Assembly (NCBI GenBank): GCA_964618765.1
Contig: CAZUDZ010000002.1
Span: 66,129 to 130,128, forward strand
Direction of reading: 5' to 3'
Origin: an uncultured Candidatus Saccharibacteria bacterium
GTDB taxonomy: Bacteria; Patescibacteriota; Dojkabacteria; SC72
DNA length: 64,000 nt
Each line of letters starts with the position of its first letter. The first letter of the stretch is position 1. Below, piece by piece: positions 58,788 to 64,000 of the stretch. The notes under the pieces were generated by a model. It searched no databases. It had not been told where the DNA came from and worked only from the letters and a program-made list of their open reading frames with translations. The position numbers and the translations under genes are program-made.

Positions 58788-59729
58788 CTACAAGAATGGG
58801 CATATCAAAGTTAATCCTAAATTAGGATCAATTCGTCCACTCTTTATTTGAAAATCAAGATTAGAAAGCTTTGAATAAAGGAGTTTAATCCGATCAGTTG
58901 AGTATTTAGAGGATGCTCTCATAAGGGAGGGGGTTGTAAATGGAGGTATTTTTAAAGATGATGATATTCTTCTGTAATCTAGACCTTTTTCTGATAAGTG
59001 TTTTGTTAAATACATTAAGCGAAGGTTTCGAGCAAGCATACTGAGGATATAGTTGGGATCAGTATTCTGAAAAGAGAGCTTCTCTAATATTGATATACTC
59101 TTTTCTTTGTCTTGTTGGTTTATAGCATCTGTGAGATCCCAAATTTCCCTCTCTAATGTGTTTGTAATGAGAGCTTGGACATCCTCTTTGCTTATAATTT
59201 TGTTCAAATTATTTAATTTAAATTTCTCTATCTCATTGCTACATCTTTCGGGGTCATAGTTTGTTCTTTCAGCTAATTCTTTTACAACAGATGGTTCTAT
59301 TTTCAATTGGTGGCTTTCTAGCCTGTCTCTTAACCATGTTAGGAAGGTTCTTTTGTTTAGTTCAGCGATTTCTTCTACAGAGTTGTTTTTTTTAAAAAAT
59401 TTGTAGTACTTTGTATTAGACCTGATTTTTTGATCTTCCCAAAGAATTATGTGATCATCTCCTCTCTTCTGTCCTAAAATTTGCAGTATATTTTCTATTA
59501 GTATATCCTTGCTTTTGTTTCTATAGGTGCGTTTAAGAAGAAGAATTCTTTTAGATGAGAATAGGGAATTAGAAGTTAGAAGGTCTATTATATTATGATC
59601 TTGGACGGAACTAGCTTCAACAATATTTAGAGTTATTGAGGGTTCCTTTTCTTTTATCTCCTCTATATGGGCGTGTACTGCCTCCAATGAGAGGAAAGAA
59701 GAGCTCCCATGGTATAGGGTATATTTCAC
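58788..59729 (-). CDS. holA: DNA polymerase III delta subunit
   Basis: SLFSSKRILLL, NEIEK, IWDLTDAI, DFQIKSG; near rpsT/lepA as commonly seen. Confidence 0.88.
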   Translation of the reverse strand: MKYTLYHGSSSFLSLEAVHAHIEEIKEKEPSITLNIVEASSVQDHNIIDLLTSNSLFSSKRILLLKRTYRNKSKDILIENILQILGQKRGDDHIILWEDQKIRSNTKYYKFFKKNNSVEEIAELNKRTFLTWLRDRLESHQLKIEPSVVKELAERTNYDPERCSNEIEKFKLNNLNKIISKEDVQALITNTLEREIWDLTDAINQQDKEKSISILEKLSFQNTDPNYILSMLARNLRLMYLTKHLSEKGLDYRRISSSLKIPPFTTPSLMRASSKYSTDRIKLLYSKLSNLDFQIKSGRIDPNLGLTLICPFL

Positions 59730-59733
59730 TTTA

Positions 59734-61188
59734 TTAATTCTCCTTTATTCCAAGATTACTTCCTAACAAGATTGTAACATCTTCTCCGTTAAGGTTGGTA
59801 GTAATATATTCTGGTTTGTCCTTTTGTTCACTTTCTAGAAACTTAGAAAATCTTTCAATACTGTACTGGTTCTCTTTCTCTTTGTTGGAATATATGACCA
59901 CTTCTTGTTTGTCAGAGTGAAGTGTTCCTCCAAATAGGATATTTAAATAGGGGAACTCTTCCTGTAGGATGGTTGTAGTTTTTCTAGCTTTCTGATTCCC
60001 AGCTCCAGTATCATATACCATTATGGTTGGGTCTTCACTGTATATTTCTGGAGCATTTAGGACTGTAGAAATATAGTTTTGAATATCCTTGTATGCTCCT
60101 AATCCTAATTTAGGCCCGATGGCATAGGCACCACTTTCTAACACTTTTTTCTCAACCAGAGAGTAGTTCCCAACAGAAGGGTCTAAAACAAAAGAGTATG
60201 TTTTTCCTCCCTTCTCTTCATATGTTTTAGCAAGTTCTAATGCAGCCTCTACATCCTTGATTGTAAACTCAGATATCTGTACATTACCAGCGATAGAAGA
60301 AAATATCCCAATTAATTTCTTAGGATTTGTTAAGGACTCACTTGAGAGTAATTTGTCTTTGAGAGCTTGTATTACCTTCTGTTGTCTTTTAGCTCTGGCA
60401 AAGTCAGATCCCTCACTATTTTGCATAGAGTGTCTGGATCTAGAAAATATTAATGCCTTTTCTCCATCCATACTTTGGGGTCCAGCTTGAAAAGACACTG
60501 TTTGGTAATCCTTTCCTAATGGGTATCTGTAATCTGTAAAGCTATTTTCTACATTAATATCAAGACCACCAACTGCATCTATGATCTCTGTAAATGCTTT
60601 GAAATCAACTACTGCATAGTACTGTATTTCTTGACCACTTAATCTTTCTACTGTTTTTCTCAACTCTTCTATTCCAGAGTTCTTCTTTTTTTGCTCTGCA
60701 TTGCTATATATGCTGTTTATTCTGACATACCAATTTAAATCCTCTTCGATTTCAACATGGAAATCTCTAGGGACAGAGATGAGAGATATGTTGTCAGTTT
60801 TGTAGTTGTATGAAGCCATTATTATGGTGTCTGTGTTTAGTAATCCTCCGTTTTCTCTGGTATCTAATCCCACCAGCAGAACGTTAGTGAAATTACCAGA
60901 GGAATCCTTCTTAAGCTCTTGTTCTTCTCTTAAAATTAATGAGCCCGGACCAAATCTAAATCCGAAGTCATGGGAGAAAATATATCCTTTGTAAATGAGA
61001 AAACCCATTCCTAAAACAAGGAGTAGAACAGTGAAAACTATTATCATTATTTTCTTCTTTTTTCTTTTCTTCTTCTCTTCTGGAGTTGCAAAGGAGTTCC
61101 TTTTTTCTCTTGAGGAGATTTTCTTGGACTTTACGGGGACAAATTTTTGGTCCAGCTTACTATCTTTTAAGTCAATGTCTATGGTCAT
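59734..61188 (-). CDS. LytR-CpsA-Psr (LCP) family glycopolymer transferase
   Basis: NVLLVGLD, TDTII, ISVPRD, RIN, IDAVGG, SRSRH, DFARAKRQQ; LytR_C-like C-terminus. Confidence 0.92.
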   Translation of the reverse strand: MTIDIDLKDSKLDQKFVPVKSKKISSREKRNSFATPEEKKKRKKKKIMIIVFTVLLLVLGMGFLIYKGYIFSHDFGFRFGPGSLILREEQELKKDSSGNFTNVLLVGLDTRENGGLLNTDTIIMASYNYKTDNISLISVPRDFHVEIEEDLNWYVRINSIYSNAEQKKKNSGIEELRKTVERLSGQEIQYYAVVDFKAFTEIIDAVGGLDINVENSFTDYRYPLGKDYQTVSFQAGPQSMDGEKALIFSRSRHSMQNSEGSDFARAKRQQKVIQALKDKLLSSESLTNPKKLIGIFSSIAGNVQISEFTIKDVEAALELAKTYEEKGGKTYSFVLDPSVGNYSLVEKKVLESGAYAIGPKLGLGAYKDIQNYISTVLNAPEIYSEDPTIMVYDTGAGNQKARKTTTILQEEFPYLNILFGGTLHSDKQEVVIYSNKEKENQYSIERFSKFLESEQKDKPEYITTNLNGEDVTILLGSNLGIKEN

Positions 61189-61204
61189 TGTGGTAGCGTG
61201 TTAG

Positions 61205-62230
61205 CTATCTTAAGTATTTATTTACATTCTGGTTATGCTCTTCAAGGGTAGCTGCATAATGGGCTTGTTTATCATCATCGTGAATGTAATAGTAATACTT
61301 TGTTTCTTCTGGATCCCATACAGCCTTTATTGATTGAAGTCCGGGATTACATATTGGGGTAGGAGGAAGGCCTATCTTTTTATATGTATTGTAAGGGTTT
61401 TCTTCTGCCTTATCTGCCTGTGTAATTACATGTTTCCAATCCTTGACTGGGTAGAGTAGTGTGGCATCTGTTTGTAAGAGCCATCCTTCCTCAAATCTTT
61501 TAATTATTATTCCTGCAATTATTGGCCTGTCATTACCATTGTATCCCTCTCTCTCCACTATGCTAGCAAATATTATGTCTTGATAGGTATACTCTTTTCC
61601 TACCTTATTTATAAAATTGTTAACAAGATTTAGAATCACCTGCTCAGTTGTAATCTCCCTTGGGAATGAGTATTTATCTGGGAAAAGAAATCCTTCAAGG
61701 TTATCTACTTCTACTGTTAGCCCTAATGAGGATATGAACTCTTTGTCATTGGAGAGTTTTAAGAAGTTGTCTTTGGAGAAATTAGAATTCCCATCCTTGT
61801 TTAATTCTTCGGATATGATATCTGCTATCTCGTCTTTTCTAAGTCCTTCGGGAATAGTTACCCAGATTTCCTGAGCCTTTCCAAGCTGTAATGAGTCGAT
61901 CAATTCAACAATAGTTAAGTTTTTGGGTATTTCATATACTCCTGCCTGCAACTTATGACCTAAGTCATTTATTTTTAGGTAGAATTTTGTGTAATACATG
62001 TTCTTTCTTGAGGCTAAGAGATCTTGATCTGTAAGTGATTGTAATATTTGATTAACACTTTCTCCCTCGGATATCTCGAAAAGAACTTTTTCGTCATTAT
62101 TACTATTAGAGAAATTAATAGCTCTGTTGTAATCAATTATAACTACTACTATACCAATTAGTACTAACAGTAGTAGAAAGAGAACTGTCTTCTTTACAGA
62201 TCCGTTGTTATTCTTACTCTTCATTTTCAT
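61205..62230 (-). CDS. mltG: Endolytic transglycosylase MltG
   Basis: LQAGVY, VTIPEG, LEGFLFPDKY, ASIVERE, LQTDAT, PYNTY...GLPPTPICNPG. Confidence 0.93.
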   Translation of the reverse strand: MKMKSKNNNGSVKKTVLFLLLLVLIGIVVVIIDYNRAINFSNSNNDEKVLFEISEGESVNQILQSLTDQDLLASRKNMYYTKFYLKINDLGHKLQAGVYEIPKNLTIVELIDSLQLGKAQEIWVTIPEGLRKDEIADIISEELNKDGNSNFSKDNFLKLSNDKEFISSLGLTVEVDNLEGFLFPDKYSFPREITTEQVILNLVNNFINKVGKEYTYQDIIFASIVEREGYNGNDRPIIAGIIIKRFEEGWLLQTDATLLYPVKDWKHVITQADKAEENPYNTYKKIGLPPTPICNPGLQSIKAVWDPEETKYYYYIHDDDKQAHYAATLEEHNQNVNKYLR

Positions 62231-62660
62231 CTTGATTTTGTTTTTTAGAATTTAAAAATTCCTGTAGGAATACAGTAGCAGCTATCTTGTCTATTTTACC
62301 TTTAGATCGCTTACTGTTTTGTCCCAAAGATGTTAGCATATTTTGAGCATTGGTTGTAGAGAAACTTTCATCGTAGGTGATAATTGGTGTATCAGTAGTT
62401 TTTTTTAATAATGAAATGAATTTGTTAACCTTCTCTTCTGTTTTTTCCTGCTTTGGAGTAAATATTTGCGGTTTCCCTACTAGAATTGTTCGAACTTTGT
62501 ACTCTCCAATTATTTTAGAGATCTCCTCTAAGAGGGTGTGAATATCTCTATTCTTTGTAATTGAGAGAACTTCTAAAGGAGAAGCAACTATTCCTTTAGA
62601 ATCAGAGATTGCTAGTCCTAAATGTTTCTCTCCATAATCTATTGCTAATATTGGGTACAT
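62214..62660 (-). CDS. ruvX: Pre-16S rRNA nuclease YqgF/RuvX
   Basis: LAIDYGEKHLGLAISD, ILVGKP, DESFST, IDKIAATVFLQ; alaS-yqgF-mltG synteny. Confidence 0.93.
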   Translation of the reverse strand: MYPILAIDYGEKHLGLAISDSKGIVASPLEVLSITKNRDIHTLLEEISKIIGEYKVRTILVGKPQIFTPKQEKTEEKVNKFISLLKKTTDTPIITYDESFSTTNAQNMLTSLGQNSKRSKGKIDKIAATVFLQEFLNSKKQNQDENEE

Positions 62661-62671
62661 GATTGTTACTG

Positions 62672-64000
62672 TTAATCTAATACGGCCTTTATCCTTTTTA
62701 TTCCTGCTCCTACGTTCTCTTGTTTTACAATTTTTAATTTTGTTAATTCCTTAGTGTTTTGTACGTGAGGGCCATTACATATCTCTACGGAGAAGGGATT
62801 ATCTTTTGGACCAATGTAGTACAGCTTGACTATGTCCCCGTATTTTTCTACAAAGGATGCAGTAGAAGAATACTTATCTATGATTTTAAGAGCCTCCTCT
62901 TTAGACTTGTCCTCATGTGATATTTCTAGACCTTTATCGATTACATCATTGACAATATCTTCTACTTGTCTAATTTGCTCTGGTGTTAGTTTAGATTTGT
63001 TTGGATAGTCCAACCTTAATCTTTCTGAAGTAATATTACTACCCATTTGATATACATGTTCTCCAAGTACCTTGCGTAGTGCAACAAGTAGTAGGTGTGT
63101 AGCGGTATGATATTTGATTGATATCTCTGAAGTGTCTGCTAGTCCTCCCTTGAACAGTCCTTTAGATGCACCTCTGGATTTCTCTTGATGTTTTTGTTGT
63201 GCTTTAAAAAAGCTTTCCCTATCTTGAAGTGTAATGTTTTTTTCTTGCAAAATCTCCTCTGTTACTTCGAGGGGTAATCCGTATGTTTCGTAAAGCTTGA
63301 ATGCCATATCTCCGTCTACCAAACTTTCGCTAGTCAGTAACCGTTCTAGTTCTTTAAGGCCATTTTCTAAGGTCTTACTAAATTTTATTTCTTCTTTTTC
63401 TATGATTTTCAAGATCTCATTTTTCTTCTTTTCTAAATCAGGATATATTTCAGAGAACTGTTCTATTGCAACTTTTGCCACCTCTTTTGTAAAGAGGTTC
63501 TCTATGCCCAGTTTCCTTCCATGTCTTACTGCCCTTCTAATTAATCTTCTAAGGACATATCCTTGCTGATTGCTTCCTGGTAGCACTCCATCCATAATGA
63601 TCCAAGTAGCAGCCTTTATATGATCTACTATGATTCTTTCCGATTTAACATTACTGACTTTTCCTAGCTCTTGGACTTTTTGTAGTATTGGTTTGTAAAT
63701 ATCTATCTCGTATATACTATCTACTCTTTGTATAAGGGCAGCTATCCTTTCTAGTCCTCCTCCAAAATCTACATTATGTCTGCCAAGTGGAGTAAAAGAG
63801 TTTCCTTTCTTGAAATACTCCATGAAGACATTGTTGCCGATTTCTACATATTTGCCACAATTACAATTAATGTTGCAATCACTACAACATTCCTCTTTAC
63901 CTGTATCGTAGAAAATTTCAGAATCTGGACCACACGGTCCACCTGACTCTAGTCCCCACCAATTTTCTTTCTTTCCATACTTTTGGATTCTTTCTTTTGC
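62672..64000 (-). CDS. alaS: Alanyl-tRNA synthetase, short form (5'-partial in window)
   Basis: Frame open to window end (NWW...GPCGPDSEIFYD...EIGNNVFM), VDFGGGLERI, GYVLRRLIRRA, editing HTATH and CNGPH; ends at GIKRIKAVLD. Confidence 0.95.
   Translation of the reverse strand, partial: AKERIQKYGKKENWWGLESGGPCGPDSEIFYDTGKEECCSDCNINCNCGKYVEIGNNVFMEYFKKGNSFTPLGRHNVDFGGGLERIAALIQRVDSIYEIDIYKPILQKVQELGKVSNVKSERIIVDHIKAATWIIMDGVLPGSNQQGYVLRRLIRRAVRHGRKLGIENLFTKEVAKVAIEQFSEIYPDLEKKKNEILKIIEKEEIKFSKTLENGLKELERLLTSESLVDGDMAFKLYETYGLPLEVTEEILQEKNITLQDRESFFKAQQKHQEKSRGASKGLFKGGLADTSEISIKYHTATHLLLVALRKVLGEHVYQMGSNITSERLRLDYPNKSKLTPEQIRQVEDIVNDVIDKGLEISHEDKSKEEALKIIDKYSSTASFVEKYGDIVKLYYIGPKDNPFSVEICNGPHVQNTKELTKLKIVKQENVGAGIKRIKAVLD

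Overview
AT-rich, very gene-dense bacterial chromosome segment with about 55 real CDS, using genetic code 11 (dnaG ends in TGA). I found no tRNA, rRNA, CRISPR array, integrase or transposase. Gene content and divergence point to a Patescibacteria/CPR organism, possibly Dojkabacteria; this is inference. Supporting signs are a short AlaRS, tandem-domain ThyX, DUF4012/PEGA/DUF11 surface proteins, pilN/O and a stand-alone PrgI-VirB4 cassette. Housekeeping genes: rpoD, rsmA, dnaG, ftsK, rpoB-rpoC-rpsL-rpsG (no fusA/tuf), rplY, hrcA-grpE-dnaK, comF, murJ, groES-groEL, folD-glyA-thyX-dcd, recF, lepA, rpsT, holA, LCP, mltG, yqgF, alaS. Main points of interest: (1) a recurring CTG[C/T]C box 4-6 nt before the start codon of five envelope/secretion-linked transcription units, two of which also share an identical 11-bp promoter segment; (2) a protease-less Lon-type AAA+ ATPase next to a relaxase-free PrgI/VirB4 cassette; (3) two divergent CIRCE operators (TTRGCA-N15-TGCTAA) with a shortened HrcA; (4) pervasive leaderless-type promoters; (5) an RNA polymerase with a rewritten rifamycin pocket and an S12 with the K87R-equivalent change; (6) an XRE repressor/small ORF/SprT protease module. 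All calls come from reading motifs by eye; no database searches were run.
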